From: an uncultured bacterium
Lineage (GTDB): Bacteria; Fidelibacterota; Marinisomatia; Marinisomatales; UBA1611
Assembly (NCBI GenBank): GCA_964561495.1
Contig: CAZLPW010000001.1
Location: 10,773-74,772 of the forward strand
Length of the DNA stretch: 64,000 bases
Direction: 5' to 3'
The translations under genes and the position numbers were made by a program. Every line of letters starts with the position of its first letter. Positions within the stretch are counted from its first letter, which is position 1. Below the pieces are notes generated by a model. It made no database searches and was not told where the DNA came from. It was given only the letters and a program-made list of their open reading frames with translations. This document shows, in pieces, positions 39,188 through 52,499 of the stretch.

Positions 39188-39505
39188 CTAATTAAACCCG
39201 ATATGCTTTTCGAAAGGGCTCGGGAGATCAAAACCATCAGTCCCTGGGAAGTGGACAATTGAAATAATAAAAGCCCAAGGAATCAAAATAGAGGCCTCTA
39301 CTTTCTTTGTTTTCTTTCCATTTTTATCTTCAATATCTGGTATGTTAAAACTTGGATGATGTATCCATATCCCATTCTCATCATAGCCTTTTATTTTTAC
39401 AAATATTTTATCTTGATCAATACCAACTTTTTGCAATGGCTCATGATTATTTAAGACCAAGAGAACAATATCGCCAACAATGACTTCTATTTTCATCATA
39501 TTCAT
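39188..39505 (-). CDS. hypothetical protein
   Basis: 105-aa ORF in an operon position between ligA and the ABC ATPase (5 nt from the ATPase start). I recognise no family. Confidence 0.5.
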   Translation of the reverse strand: MNMMKIEVIVGDIVLLVLNNHEPLQKVGIDQDKIFVKIKGYDENGIWIHHPSFNIPDIEDKNGKKTKKVEASILIPWAFIISIVHFPGTDGFDLPSPFEKHIGFN

Positions 39506-39545
39506 AATTAAAAATTACTGATTATTTGAATTTTAAAAATATTTT

Positions 39546-41992
<2,447 letters not shown>

Positions 41993-42027
41993 AGCTTCTG
42001 ATTCTCGATGTTTTTAAAAATCATTAT

Positions 42028-42477
42028 TTAAATTGTTTTTATAATTAAACAATCATCTCTCCACTCTTTTTCTTTTAATTTATAAGATGAGAAATGTTTT
42101 TTACTGCAATTATAATCACAAATAGCGATGATAGGGATGTCATATTTTTCCACATGGATGATTAATTTACATTTTTGAATTGGATTTTGTGCGTAAGCAC
42201 TGAGTTTAAATAAAACTATAAATGCGCGAAGTAAATTTTTGTTTACTTCTGTCTCTGCTGAGCTAATTTCTAATTGAAAAGTTCTTTCTGTTTTTTCAGT
42301 ATATATATTTGCTCCGAGCTTTTTTATTTCACTATTTGTATTAAAGTGATTATCTAAAAGTTTTAAAATTTGAGAATCATCATATCTTGATGATCCGTTT
42401 GTGGTGCTAAACAGGTTTATTGTTACTAAGATAGCAGCCACTCTGAAAAAGTTTTTATTTTTCTTTTTATAATCCAT
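42028..42477 (-). CDS. hypothetical protein with an N-terminal signal/anchor
   Basis: I trim the track ORF 42028-42561 to the internal ATG at 42477 (MDYKKKNKNFFRVAAILVTINLF), which gives a canonical n-h signal. No family recognised. Confidence 0.45.
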   Translation of the reverse strand: MDYKKKNKNFFRVAAILVTINLFSTTNGSSRYDDSQILKLLDNHFNTNSEIKKLGANIYTEKTERTFQLEISSAETEVNKNLLRAFIVLFKLSAYAQNPIQKCKLIIHVEKYDIPIIAICDYNCSKKHFSSYKLKEKEWRDDCLIIKTI

Positions 42478-42606
42478 AGTAAGGCTAAAATAATGAATAA
42501 ACTTGAAAATAATTAAATAAAAACAACTCTTTATATTGTTTGTCAATATTTTGAAAATCAATTAAAATAATTTTGAACTAGGATAGTTGCTTGACATGAT
42601 TTTTTT

Positions 42607-43488
42607 TTGGTATTATCTACTGTGATTAATCAAACAAAAATATCAAAGCTGGTATCCTTTCTTTTTTTTATAACTACTTTTTCTTTTTCTACAGACGGCT
42701 CTCGATCTTCAGTAATTAGATCCGAAAATGGATTCATAGATTACGCTAACAGAGTCATAGTTTGTAGAGGAACAGCAGATATTAACCAAAGAGAAATAGG
42801 AGATGGGAGCTTAGATGTAATTGGTACAAATTTGCGTTTATCAAAAGCTGAGGCTCGATCAGACGCACGTCAAAATCTAGTCGATTTAATAAAATTGGTT
42901 AACTTTGATGGAAGAGTTATATCTGAATTAATAGATAGCGATCGTTTAATTGAAAATAGAATAGAAACATTAATTAGCAGCGCATTTCAGCAAGGGGAAA
43001 TTGAGTATCAAGAGGATAATCAATTATCTATTGCACTTGCGGTTAAAATGTCAGGCTTGGCAGAAATCCTTGTGGATGCAAAAGGATATTTAAAAGAAGA
43101 TATGTTAACACAACCATCATATCTAATGACTCGTTCAGCTATTCCTAAAAGTGATCGTATTTCTGGAATAGTGATTGACGCGAGAGGCATATATCATATT
43201 CCAGCCATGGTACCTAAAGTTTTTAATGAAGATTATACTTTGGTCTACGGTCCTAGACATTATACCCGATCGAGATCTGTAAATCGGGGTCCGATTGGCT
43301 ATGCACATTCTATGGATGATAAAACAGTAGCACGCCGAGTAGGAGAAAATCCGTTGTATATAGATGCTAAATCAAATGCAGATGATGTCAATTTAATGGT
43401 TGCAAATGCAGACGCAAATAAAATAAGAGATGCTGAAGAAAAATTTGGCGTTTTAAGGGATTGTAGGGTTCTTGTTTTACTTCAATAA
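42607..43488 (+). CDS. hypothetical secreted protein (LPP20-like N-terminal region suspected)
   Basis: 293 aa. The in-frame GTG at 42622 gives signal peptide INQTKISKLVSFLFFITTFSFS. GC is noticeably higher than in the flanks. The C-terminal motif GIVIDARGIYHIPAMVPKVFNEDYTLVYG recurs in uncharacterised lipoproteins. Confidence 0.55.
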   Translation: MVLSTVINQTKISKLVSFLFFITTFSFSTDGSRSSVIRSENGFIDYANRVIVCRGTADINQREIGDGSLDVIGTNLRLSKAEARSDARQNLVDLIKLVNFDGRVISELIDSDRLIENRIETLISSAFQQGEIEYQEDNQLSIALAVKMSGLAEILVDAKGYLKEDMLTQPSYLMTRSAIPKSDRISGIVIDARGIYHIPAMVPKVFNEDYTLVYGPRHYTRSRSVNRGPIGYAHSMDDKTVARRVGENPLYIDAKSNADDVNLMVANADANKIRDAEEKFGVLRDCRVLVLLQ

Positions 43489-43563
43489 AACAAGTTTTTG
43501 TTTTTATGTCAGATTAATATTTCTGATTTTATATACTAATAAGGAATCAAATAATTATTAGAG

Positions 43564-43592
43564 ACCATTCATTTATTGAATGGTTTTTTTTT
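43564..43592 (+). terminator. Rho-independent terminator
   Basis: Stem ACCATTCA (43564-43571) / TGAATGGT (43577-43584), 5-nt loop, T8 run 43585-43592. It ends 1 nt before the carA ATG. Confidence 0.7.
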
Positions 43593-43593
43593 G

Positions 43594-44706
43594 ATGAGTA
43601 AGTACGATATTTTAGAGGCAAAAGTGCAGGCGGTTTTACTGTTAGAAGATGGGAAGTCTTTTAAAGGCGAATCTTTTGGCTATGATGGGGAGACAATCGG
43701 AGAAATATGTTTTAATACAGGGATGACGGGATATCAAGAGATTTTAACAGACCCATCTTACTTTAAACAAATTGTAAATATGACGATGCCTCATATAGGG
43801 AACTACGGTATAAATGAGGATGATATTGAATCTAGTTCAATTAAAGTTGCTGGTTTTGTAATTAAAGAAGAAACTAAAACACCATCTAATTGGAGATCTA
43901 ATGGGTCTCTAGGTGAATATTTAAAAAAACATAGAATTGTTGGAATTAAAAATATTGACACAAGAGCTTTAACTATTCATATTAGAAATAATGGAGCCAT
44001 GAATGCTATAATTTCATCTAAAGATTCAGACATTCAATCATTAAATAAAAAACTTTCTTGTCACCCCCCAATGACAGGATTGGATTTAGTAAAAGAATTA
44101 ACTATTAAAAAATCATATATATGGAATAAAAAAAATAAATCAGCTCCTTTTAAAGTAGCTGCTATTGATTTTGGAATAAAATTTAATATATTGAGAATTT
44201 TAGAGGATTATGGGTGTAACATAACCGTTTTTTCTGCAAAGACAAGTATAAATGATATACTTGATTATAATCCAGATGGTGTGTTCCTTTCAAATGGACC
44301 TGGAGATCCAGCCGCTGTTGATTATGGAATATCATTAGTTAAAAAACTATTGGGCGTTAAACCTATTTTCGGTATATGCCTTGGACATCAAATTTTAGCC
44401 CTTGCTTTAGGAGCTAAAACATTTAAGTTGAAATTTGGACATAGAGGTATTAATCATCCCGTTAAAAATTTGCATACTGGTAATATTGAAATCACAAGCC
44501 AGAACCATGGTTTTGCCGTTGATTTAAACTCGTTACCCACCAATGTTATTTCAACTCATATAAATCTTAATGATAATACCTCAGCAGGTATTAAATGTAC
44601 TGATATACCAGCATTTTCTGTTCAATATCATCCCGAGTCTAGTCCTGGTCCAAATGATAGTCGATATTTATTTGAAAAATTTATTGATTTAATGAAAAAT
44701 GCCTAA
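43594..44706 (+). CDS. carA: carbamoyl-phosphate synthase small (glutamine amidotransferase) subunit
   Basis: I start the track ORF 43576 at the ATG at 43594. Catalytic GICLGHQ, the HRG..HP and NHGF motifs, and an N-terminal CPSase small-chain domain. Confidence 0.95.
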   Translation: MSKYDILEAKVQAVLLLEDGKSFKGESFGYDGETIGEICFNTGMTGYQEILTDPSYFKQIVNMTMPHIGNYGINEDDIESSSIKVAGFVIKEETKTPSNWRSNGSLGEYLKKHRIVGIKNIDTRALTIHIRNNGAMNAIISSKDSDIQSLNKKLSCHPPMTGLDLVKELTIKKSYIWNKKNKSAPFKVAAIDFGIKFNILRILEDYGCNITVFSAKTSINDILDYNPDGVFLSNGPGDPAAVDYGISLVKKLLGVKPIFGICLGHQILALALGAKTFKLKFGHRGINHPVKNLHTGNIEITSQNHGFAVDLNSLPTNVISTHINLNDNTSAGIKCTDIPAFSVQYHPESSPGPNDSRYLFEKFIDLMKNA

Positions 44707-47700
44707 ACAAAAAGATATTGAATCAATATTAATTATAGGCGCTGGGCCAATAATTATTGGACAAGCATGTGAGTTTGATTATTCTGGAACTCAAGCAACG
44801 CAAGCTTTAAAAGAAGAAGGGTTTCGAATTGTTTTGGTTAATTCTAACCCAGCAACAATAATGACCGATCCAGATTTAGCAGATGCAACATATATTGAAC
44901 CGATAACAACACAATATTTAGAAGCCATAATAAAAAAAGAAAAGCCAAACGCTTTACTTCCTACTGTTGGTGGTCAAACTGGATTAAATGTTGCAATGGA
45001 ACTTGAAAAAAAGGGGATTCTAAAAAAATATAATGTGAGATTAATAGGTGCCCAGATAGAAGCAATAAAAAAGGCAGAAGATAGAGAACTGTTTAAAGAG
45101 GCAATGGATTCTGTAGGAATTGATACTGCAAAAGGAGGCTTTGCCCATTCATGGGTTGAAGCAAAATCATTATCAGAAACTATGCAATTCCCCTTAATAA
45201 TTAGACCATCATTTACATTGGGAGGAACAGGTTGTTCAGTCGCTTACAACTCTGAGGAATATAGACCGCTTGTTGAAAAAGGATTATCGGCTAGTCCAAT
45301 TAGCGAGGTTTTAATTGAAGAATCTTTATTAGGATGGAAAGAATTTGAACTTGAAGTAGTGAGAGACAAATCAGATAATGCAATTATTATTTGTTCTATT
45401 GAAAATATTGATCCAATGGGGATTCATACAGGGGATTCAATTACTGTAGCACCTTCAATTACTTTATCTGATAAAGAATTTCAAAAAATGAGAAACTGGG
45501 CTTTGCTCTGTCTTAGAACAATTGGAGTTGAAACAGGTGGATCAAATGTACAGTTTGCTGTAAATCAAGAAAATGGAAGAATGATAATAATTGAAATGAA
45601 CCCGAGAGTTAGTCGATCATCTGCTTTAGCCAGCAAAGCAACAGGATTTCCAATCGCAAAGGTAGCTGCTAAACTAGCTGTTGGATATTCTTTAGATGAA
45701 TTGCCAAATGATATAACAGGACAAACTTTAGCAGCTTTTGAGCCAACCATTGATTATATTGTAATCAAAGTTCCGAGATTTGATTTTGAAAAGTTTCCTT
45801 CAGCAAGTGGGCATCTCAGTGTCCAAATGCAAAGTGTTGGCGAGGTAATGTCTATCGGAAGAACATTTCGCGAATCGTTACAAAAAGCATTCCGATCATT
45901 AGAGGTTGGTTTAGATGGGTTGGAACCAAAACCAGTAGCTGAAGGAGATCCAGATATAAAAAGATCTAGATTCTTGGACATGTCCGCACTTAGATATGGA
46001 ACTGCTTTTAGATTATTAAAAATCAGAGAAGCTTTTTTGGAAGGAAGAACAATTGAAGAAATATATAAAACAACAAAAATTGACCCTTGGTTTCTCGATC
46101 AAATAAAACAGATGGTAACTTTGCCAAAAATGACTCCGATATCAATATTAAAGGAAAATGGTTATTCAGATAGACAAATTGCTAGGAAGCTGAAAAAAAG
46201 CGAACTAGATATTAGGGAAATTAGGATTAATAATGGATGTAGACCTTCTTTCAAAATTGTAGATACCTGTGCAGCAGAGTTTAAAGCTCAAACACCATAT
46301 TGTTATTCAACATATGATAAGTATAATGAAATAAAACCATTAGAAGGGGAAAAAATTATAATATTAGGAGGGGGTCCAAATCGAATAGGTCAGGGCATAG
46401 AATTTGACTATTGTTGCGTTCAAGCTGTTTTTGGTTTGAAAGATCAGGGATATAAAACAATTATGGTTAATTGTAATCCTGAAACGGTTAGCACTGACTT
46501 TGATTTAGTAGATAGACTTTATTTTGAGCCTGTTACATTTGAAGATGTTTTAAATATTGTTGAATTTGAAAAGCCAAATGGGGTTCTGGTCCAATTTGGC
46601 GGGCAGACTCCGCTAAAAATTGCCTTAGATCTTTTTAAAGCAGGTGTTCCAATCATTGGGACCTCTCCTAAAAATATAGATTTTGCAGAAGATCGTGAAA
46701 AGTTTGGTAAAATATTAAAGAAATTAAATATAGTTTGCCCGAAATATGGTACAGGTAAAACATTGAAAGAGGTAATGGCGGTAGCAGAAGAAATAGGTTT
46801 CCCTGTACTCGCCCGACCTAGTTATGTGTTGGGTGGAAGAGCAATGGAAATTGTATATACAAATCAACAATTGGTAAACTATATATCGCGATCTGCAGAT
46901 GTGACCGCTGGTCATCCTATTTTGATTGATGAATTCATAGAAGATGCATTTGAATTTGATGTAGATGCTCTATGCGATGGTAATTCGGTATATATTGGTG
47001 GTATAATGCAGCATATTGAAGAGGCAGGAATTCATTCAGGTGATTCAGCGTGTGTTATTCCACCATATAAAATTAGTGCAGATATTATTGACAGAATTAC
47101 TCATATTACCACAAATCTTGCTTTGGAGCTTAACGTTATTGGATTAATTAATCTTCAATTTGCCTTTAAAAATAGCATTTTATATGTTTTAGAGGTTAAT
47201 CCAAGAGCAAGTAGAACGGTACCTTTTGTTAGTAAGGTTACAAATGTTCCTTTAGCCAGAATTGCAGCAAAATTAACTACTGGAGTTAAGCTAAATGATC
47301 TTGAATTACCAAAATGGCATAGTATTAAACATATTGCAGTTAAAGAAGCCGTTTTACCTTTTAATAAATTTCCTAATGAAGCAATTTATTTGGGTCCAGA
47401 AATGAAATCAACTGGCGAAGTAATGGGTATTTCAAATTCTTTTGGGCAATCATTTTTAAGAGCTTCTATAAGCGCAGGAAATAAAATACCCAATAGAGGT
47501 ACTGTTTTTGTTTCTGTAAATGATTCAGATAAAATAAATGTTATTAATATTATAAGAGATTTAGTTGAATTTGGTTTTGATATAATTGCAACCTCAGGAA
47601 CTTCCATAGAATTAAATAAAAATGGAATTCAAACAAAAACAATATATAAAGTTGGCGAAGGTAGGCCAAATGTTGTAGACGCAATAAAAAATAATGATAT

Positions 47701-47887
47701 TAAACTAGTCATTAATACTCCTGCAGGATCAAAGTCTCGATTTGATGAGGAAGCTATTGGTCGTGCATGCATTAGAAAAGGTCTCCTTGTTATAACGACA
47801 CTTTCTGGTGCCGAGGCTGCAGTTCGTGCAATCCGAATGGTAGAGAAAGATATAGAAGTTAAGTCTATACAAGAATTTCATTTTTAA
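44699..47887 (+). CDS. carB: carbamoyl-phosphate synthase large subunit
   Basis: 1062 aa with two ATP-grasp halves ([22 protein letters not shown] and [20 protein letters not shown]) and a C-terminal MGS-like domain. It overlaps the carA end by 8 nt. Confidence 0.98.
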   Translation: MPKQKDIESILIIGAGPIIIGQACEFDYSGTQATQALKEEGFRIVLVNSNPATIMTDPDLADATYIEPITTQYLEAIIKKEKPNALLPTVGGQTGLNVAMELEKKGILKKYNVRLIGAQIEAIKKAEDRELFKEAMDSVGIDTAKGGFAHSWVEAKSLSETMQFPLIIRPSFTLGGTGCSVAYNSEEYRPLVEKGLSASPISEVLIEESLLGWKEFELEVVRDKSDNAIIICSIENIDPMGIHTGDSITVAPSITLSDKEFQKMRNWALLCLRTIGVETGGSNVQFAVNQENGRMIIIEMNPRVSRSSALASKATGFPIAKVAAKLAVGYSLDELPNDITGQTLAAFEPTIDYIVIKVPRFDFEKFPSASGHLSVQMQSVGEVMSIGRTFRESLQKAFRSLEVGLDGLEPKPVAEGDPDIKRSRFLDMSALRYGTAFRLLKIREAFLEGRTIEEIYKTTKIDPWFLDQIKQMVTLPKMTPISILKENGYSDRQIARKLKKSELDIREIRINNGCRPSFKIVDTCAAEFKAQTPYCYSTYDKYNEIKPLEGEKIIILGGGPNRIGQGIEFDYCCVQAVFGLKDQGYKTIMVNCNPETVSTDFDLVDRLYFEPVTFEDVLNIVEFEKPNGVLVQFGGQTPLKIALDLFKAGVPIIGTSPKNIDFAEDREKFGKILKKLNIVCPKYGTGKTLKEVMAVAEEIGFPVLARPSYVLGGRAMEIVYTNQQLVNYISRSADVTAGHPILIDEFIEDAFEFDVDALCDGNSVYIGGIMQHIEEAGIHSGDSACVIPPYKISADIIDRITHITTNLALELNVIGLINLQFAFKNSILYVLEVNPRASRTVPFVSKVTNVPLARIAAKLTTGVKLNDLELPKWHSIKHIAVKEAVLPFNKFPNEAIYLGPEMKSTGEVMGISNSFGQSFLRASISAGNKIPNRGTVFVSVNDSDKINVINIIRDLVEFGFDIIATSGTSIELNKNGIQTKTIYKVGEGRPNVVDAIKNNDIKLVINTPAGSKSRFDEEAIGRACIRKGLLVITTLSGAEAAVRAIRMVEKDIEVKSIQEFHF

Positions 47888-47926
47888 AATTCTCATTTGT
47901 TTATTTAGAAATATTTAAATATTATA

Positions 47927-47958
47927 GTACTCAATAAAGAATGTTTTTTATTGAGTAC
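47927..47958 (+). terminator. perfect 12-bp hairpin after carB (terminator or 5' regulatory element of the channel gene)
   Basis: GTACTCAATAAA (47927-47938) / TTTATTGAGTAC (47947-47958) with an 8-nt loop. There is no downstream T-run. It overlaps the TTG (47951) used by the ORF track. Confidence 0.45.
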
Positions 47959-47974
47959 AGATGTATTTAGATAT

Positions 47975-49378
47975 ATGAAAAAAGAAAAAGCTGAAAAAAC
48001 CTCAGAAAATGAAGGCCTATCAATAGACAGTTTGAATACTGTAATTGATGCTAACAAAGATCTGTATAATGAGTTAAATGCTTTAACTGAGTTAGAAGCA
48101 ATAGAAAAAATTTCATCAGAAGAAGAACAAAAAACAACTCAAAAAAAGATAACAAGACCCACTTTTGTTATATTTGATAGAATTAAAGCTGTTTATTATA
48201 ATAATGATTTAATCAGGTACGCACTCTGGTCAATGCTTTTGATGCTTGCATCTACCACAACTTTGACAGTTGTTGAGTATGATATTTTTCAAGCTGACGT
48301 TGCTGATGATATTAGCAACACAAGCAGTTTTAAATTTGGTGATTCAGAGCCAAACTGGGTGGATACATTTTTCAATACTTTTTGGTGGTCTGTCGTTACG
48401 TTTACCACAGTAGGCTATGGAGATATTAGCCCAGTGACTCACCTTGGTAAGTTTTTAACGATTATTATTATGTTACTTAATTTTGGGATTGTTACCTTGT
48501 TGGGTGGTGCTGTGGCATCTGTTTTAGTAGCTGAAAGATTAAAAGGAGATGAGACATTGGATGAAAATAAATATAATGGACATTTAGTTATTGCGGGTTG
48601 GAACCCTTCGGTGCCTTCAATACTGCGTATTATTGAATCGAACAAGGATGCAAGTTCTGTTATTGTTCTTGTGAATGAAACAGATGCTGAGATTGTAGAA
48701 AGAGCCACTGCTGCTTTTGAGCGATTAGACATCACTCACTTATGTGAAAACTTCACGAATGAAAATGTATTAAAAAAAGCGTTTCTTGATCGCGCTGGGC
48801 AATTCATGATTTTACCAGATAGCTCAGGACTTTTACCTCATGAAGAACCAGATGAAGACAAAACGGTTTTGACTTGTTTAACCGCTAAGTCTATTTCTGA
48901 AGACTGTACTGTGATTGCTCATGTACTTAACCCAGAGAATGTTTCTCATTTGCAAAGGGCGAATGTTAATGAGATTGTTATGCCAGATGAACACGTCCCC
49001 CATCTTTTAGCAAAACATGTGACTGATCCAGGTGTACCACAGTTATTTGATGAATTAATTAATCAAGAAGAAGAAGATGCTGGTATTCAAGAGGTCCCAA
49101 TTCCAAGACCTTTATTTGGCCAAACCCATAATAAAATATCTGCCTACTTCAAGTTCAAACACAAATGGTTGTTAGTTGGCTACGCGATTAAAAAATCTGG
49201 TTTTAGTTTAGAAGAACAGATGGGTGATGATGGGAGTCCTCTTATTAGAAATATGATTAAAGAACAACTTGACGGTGCGGGAATTAAACTATCTAGTGAT
49301 GAGCACGTAATAGTAGAAATAAATCCGTCAGATGATTATATTATTGATGAAAAACATAGAGCTTTGGTATTAAGGTAA
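47975..49378 (+). CDS. two-TM potassium channel with a C-terminal RCK/TrkA-N-like domain
   Basis: Selectivity filter TTVGYGD between two TM helices, followed by a Rossmann-like GHLVIAGWNPSVPSILRII. I prefer the ATG at 47975 because TTG 47951 lies inside the hairpin. Confidence 0.85.
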   Translation: MKKEKAEKTSENEGLSIDSLNTVIDANKDLYNELNALTELEAIEKISSEEEQKTTQKKITRPTFVIFDRIKAVYYNNDLIRYALWSMLLMLASTTTLTVVEYDIFQADVADDISNTSSFKFGDSEPNWVDTFFNTFWWSVVTFTTVGYGDISPVTHLGKFLTIIIMLLNFGIVTLLGGAVASVLVAERLKGDETLDENKYNGHLVIAGWNPSVPSILRIIESNKDASSVIVLVNETDAEIVERATAAFERLDITHLCENFTNENVLKKAFLDRAGQFMILPDSSGLLPHEEPDEDKTVLTCLTAKSISEDCTVIAHVLNPENVSHLQRANVNEIVMPDEHVPHLLAKHVTDPGVPQLFDELINQEEEDAGIQEVPIPRPLFGQTHNKISAYFKFKHKWLLVGYAIKKSGFSLEEQMGDDGSPLIRNMIKEQLDGAGIKLSSDEHVIVEINPSDDYIIDEKHRALVLR

Positions 49379-49381
49379 GAT

Positions 49382-49945
49382 ATGAATCCAACACCAGAAC
49401 AAATAAAAAAAATCAATCACTTTAGCAAACTTGAAATTGATATGTGCAAAAAAATTGCATCTGTTGTAGAGATCAGTGAGTGCCAAGCAAAACATCAATT
49501 ACTTACAGAAGGAGAGACGGGAGATACCATGATACTTGTATTTCAAGGCCAAATTGAAGTCTCTAAAAGTATGATGGTTAAGGCTGCGAGTGGTTTTACC
49601 ACTTCGAGAAAATCAATTATTCGATTGGAGACTACAGACCCTCCACCATCTGAGAAACCTATTTCTGATGCAACTGTGGCGGTTGTTCCTTTGCCAGCTT
49701 TTGGAATTGGAGAGTTTTCATTGGTTTTGGATAATGCTATTCGCACGGCTCATGTTATAGCGACAACACCACTAAAATATGGGATCCTAAAGTTAGATGA
49801 TTTTACTAACCTTGTTGATGAAAACCCTTCTATAGGTGGGCCAGTTTATTTTGAAGTTGCTAAAGCTGCGGTTAATAATTTAGCCACAGTTAGTGCTGAT
49901 GTATCTAATCTTACCCAAGCTTTTTTCTTCTCGCTTACAAGATAA
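49382..49945 (+). CDS. stand-alone cyclic-nucleotide-binding (CAP/CNB fold) domain protein
   Basis: 187 aa, starting 3 nt after the channel stop. GETGDTMILVFQGQIEV and a phosphate-binding-cassette-like FGIGEFSLVLDNAIRTAHVIA. A ~25-residue insertion (..TTDPPPSEKPISD..) sits in the beta-roll. Confidence 0.7.
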   Translation: MNPTPEQIKKINHFSKLEIDMCKKIASVVEISECQAKHQLLTEGETGDTMILVFQGQIEVSKSMMVKAASGFTTSRKSIIRLETTDPPPSEKPISDATVAVVPLPAFGIGEFSLVLDNAIRTAHVIATTPLKYGILKLDDFTNLVDENPSIGGPVYFEVAKAAVNNLATVSADVSNLTQAFFFSLTR

Positions 49946-49955
49946 AAATAACAAA

Positions 49956-52211
49956 TTATTTATTTTCTATCTTGAGTTTTTGATTTGTACCTGGTTTGTT
50001 AATTGATATTCCGAGCTTCCATGAATTGATTGCAATATTAATCAGCATGATTTCGTTTTCATGGATAAAATCGTCTGCGTTGGCAATATCTAAATAGGTG
50101 TTTATTAATTCTATCAAATATTTTTTATCAGCTTCTGGTTTGTTTTGGATTGCGGTTAGGGATTTTTCAAATTGATCCTGTCTATCTTCATCATTTTTTA
50201 AATCAATAAAACGAGTTGTTGTGACATTTAGATGCTCATTGAATCGATCCTCATCAATATTATCAACAAATTTATTAAAATTTTCAAATATAACAGTTTT
50301 TTCAACATCGTCTATTTCTTGATCTGCAAAAAAAGCAACACACAACATTGTATATAACACATCGTGATCTACATCCCAAGTTATTTCATTTTCATCTTCA
50401 GGTTTTTCACGGGCATTAATTTTTCGTTGTAAATCTTCTAACCTATTTTTATCAATTTCATTAAGATACCCATCCTGTTTTTGGCGTTTTTGCATAAGTT
50501 TATCTACTTCGAGTGATAAAAACTGAACATCAAACTCGAGCTCTTCTATTTTTTTATCTAAAAGGCCAAACAATAATTCCTTAAAAGGATCAATCATGTC
50601 TTTTTCTTGAGCAAAATAGATATTTATATTGCCTCTGTCTGTATCTTCCCAAAATTCTGCAGTAAAAATTGATAATAAAAAACATTGTGTGTTTACATTC
50701 TGTCTAAATGTTTTTTCATCAAAATAATCTAAATCATCTAAATAATCCTTTGCTATTTCCTTTGCAAAATCTATTTTTGAAACGGATAAATAAAATAAAG
50801 CTAGACCTATCTGAATTCTTCTTGTTCCATTATTCCCACCCAAAATTCCCTTATCAACTGAGTCTTTTGAAAATCCAGGTGGGGCATCTAACTGTAAAAT
50901 TATCTTAAGGAGAAATAATTGGTCTTCATCACTCCAATTTTGTTCATGAATTAGAACCTGACATTTCCTTAATTCAAAAGTAAGAGTGTCTACAATAAAA
51001 TATAGCGAGGGATTATTGCTTGCGTTTTTATAGATGTCATTTGCGTAAAATTTAAACTTATCATAACAATATTTAACCAAATCAACTCGACCTGCAAGAA
51101 TGTAAGCTTGGACCATATTTGAATAATGAAATGCAAGATTGTATAAATTTCTAGGTTCATTATTTTTATAGGCATGTTTTACAGCAAAACGGAAAAGAGT
51201 ATTAAACCTAATGTTTACATTACTAATATTCGTACTATCATCTGCTTCGATACAGGTTTTACCAATATCAATAATTTCTGCTGGTATGAGTGATGCTATA
51301 TCAAAACGATCATTCTCAATCATTTTAATGTAAGAGTTGCCTAAAAGTCTAAATGTTTTCACCTCAAAAAATGTACAGGCTTTTTCCATTTCTTGATATT
51401 GTTGTTCTGTGTATGTCCTATATGTAGCATTATTTCTTATTATTGGAGTGAGGTTAAAAAACCGTTTATTAAAATTTTGTTTTTCGCGTATATATTTTTG
51501 AATTAATCCACTAATTTCGCGTATTATTTCTGTTTGGGTTTCCTTGAATTCTGTAAAAGCAAGCAAATCATCTAATTGGTCTAAAGAGCCCATCATTTCT
51601 TTTTGATATTCTTCTACAACTTGATCATTCTCTTGTATTGCTGATTTAATACCTGTTTTTTGTAGTTTTACAATAAACTGTTTTATTATATTGGAAATAG
51701 TTACGACGACATTACTTGTTTTTGAATATAGCAGGATGTAAAAGATATATGGAAGAGATAAAATTGATCCAAAAAATAAATATATATATGTGTTTAGAAT
51801 TACGGATGATACTCTGCTTAGTGGATCCCAATAAACCATAATTACTATAGCATGAAGGGAAGCGATAATCAGAAACCAGACATATGTAAGGCTAAGCCAG
51901 TCTTTAACAAATAAATCCATTAATTTTGGAGATGATTCAGCAGCAATAGCGATTACAATAATTAATGTTCCCAATACCATTGCTAATACACCACCCCAAA
52001 TTTCAGGCGCAAAACCGAGATCGAGTTGTTTATGATCATCTAGAACAATACCAAAATATTTATCTAAAAAATCAACTATATATGGGAAGTAATAATGAAA
52101 TATTAAATCGCTTAAAAAAACTCCAGTTAGAACAAGAATAAAAGAAATCAATGAACGATACTTGAAATGTAGACTATTAAACTTTACTATTAGAGAATAA
52201 ATCTTCTTCAT
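49956..52211 (-). CDS. membrane protein: four-TM N-terminal module (DUF2254-like) + long helical cytoplasmic region + coiled coil + C-terminal TerB-like domain
   Basis: 751 aa with TM helices in the first ~170 aa. The last ~125 aa align with the divergent 143-aa ORF (HDVLYTMLCVAFFADQEIDDVEK ... ANADDFIHENE). Confidence 0.65.
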   Translation of the reverse strand: MKKIYSLIVKFNSLHFKYRSLISFILVLTGVFLSDLIFHYYFPYIVDFLDKYFGIVLDDHKQLDLGFAPEIWGGVLAMVLGTLIIVIAIAAESSPKLMDLFVKDWLSLTYVWFLIIASLHAIVIMVYWDPLSRVSSVILNTYIYLFFGSILSLPYIFYILLYSKTSNVVVTISNIIKQFIVKLQKTGIKSAIQENDQVVEEYQKEMMGSLDQLDDLLAFTEFKETQTEIIREISGLIQKYIREKQNFNKRFFNLTPIIRNNATYRTYTEQQYQEMEKACTFFEVKTFRLLGNSYIKMIENDRFDIASLIPAEIIDIGKTCIEADDSTNISNVNIRFNTLFRFAVKHAYKNNEPRNLYNLAFHYSNMVQAYILAGRVDLVKYCYDKFKFYANDIYKNASNNPSLYFIVDTLTFELRKCQVLIHEQNWSDEDQLFLLKIILQLDAPPGFSKDSVDKGILGGNNGTRRIQIGLALFYLSVSKIDFAKEIAKDYLDDLDYFDEKTFRQNVNTQCFLLSIFTAEFWEDTDRGNINIYFAQEKDMIDPFKELLFGLLDKKIEELEFDVQFLSLEVDKLMQKRQKQDGYLNEIDKNRLEDLQRKINAREKPEDENEITWDVDHDVLYTMLCVAFFADQEIDDVEKTVIFENFNKFVDNIDEDRFNEHLNVTTTRFIDLKNDEDRQDQFEKSLTAIQNKPEADKKYLIELINTYLDIANADDFIHENEIMLINIAINSWKLGISINKPGTNQKLKIENK

Positions 52212-52451
52212 TTTAGTTTATCAAATTTTAAATTATACAGAGTTTAAACAATTACAATAGCATATAAATATAATCCTTAATTATCATAAATGTTGCATAA
52301 AAGAAAGGGGGTAAACTATATTAACATGAGAATTTAGTTGATATAAAAATTAATATTTTAATTCAAGGGAATCTTGACCTTAGTATATCTTCATCCTAAT
52401 TTTCACATATTTTGATGAGTCACTACAAACTATTTATGTAGTTGTTTGTTA

Positions 52452-52471
52452 AATAATAATAATAATAATAA
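52452..52471. repeat. (AAT)6 microsatellite in the divergent intergenic region
   Basis: AATAATAATAATAATAATAA at 52452-52471, 28 nt upstream of the 52500 ATG. Confidence 0.9.
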
Positions 52472-52499
52472 CCATAACATCTAATTAGAAGGGGAAGTT

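Noticed and set aside
47951-47974. TTG start proposed for the K+ channel ORF
   Set aside because: The TTG lies inside the 3' arm of a perfect 12-bp hairpin. The in-frame ATG at 47975 just downstream is more plausible. The same logic applies to the trimmed starts of dtd, carA, the AlkA-like gene, the B12-domain gene and gcvP.
52290-52337. 15-codon mini-ORF (MLHKRKGVNYINMRI) in the 288-bp divergent intergenic region
   Set aside because: It has no SD and no conservation evidence is available. It is too short to distinguish from chance.
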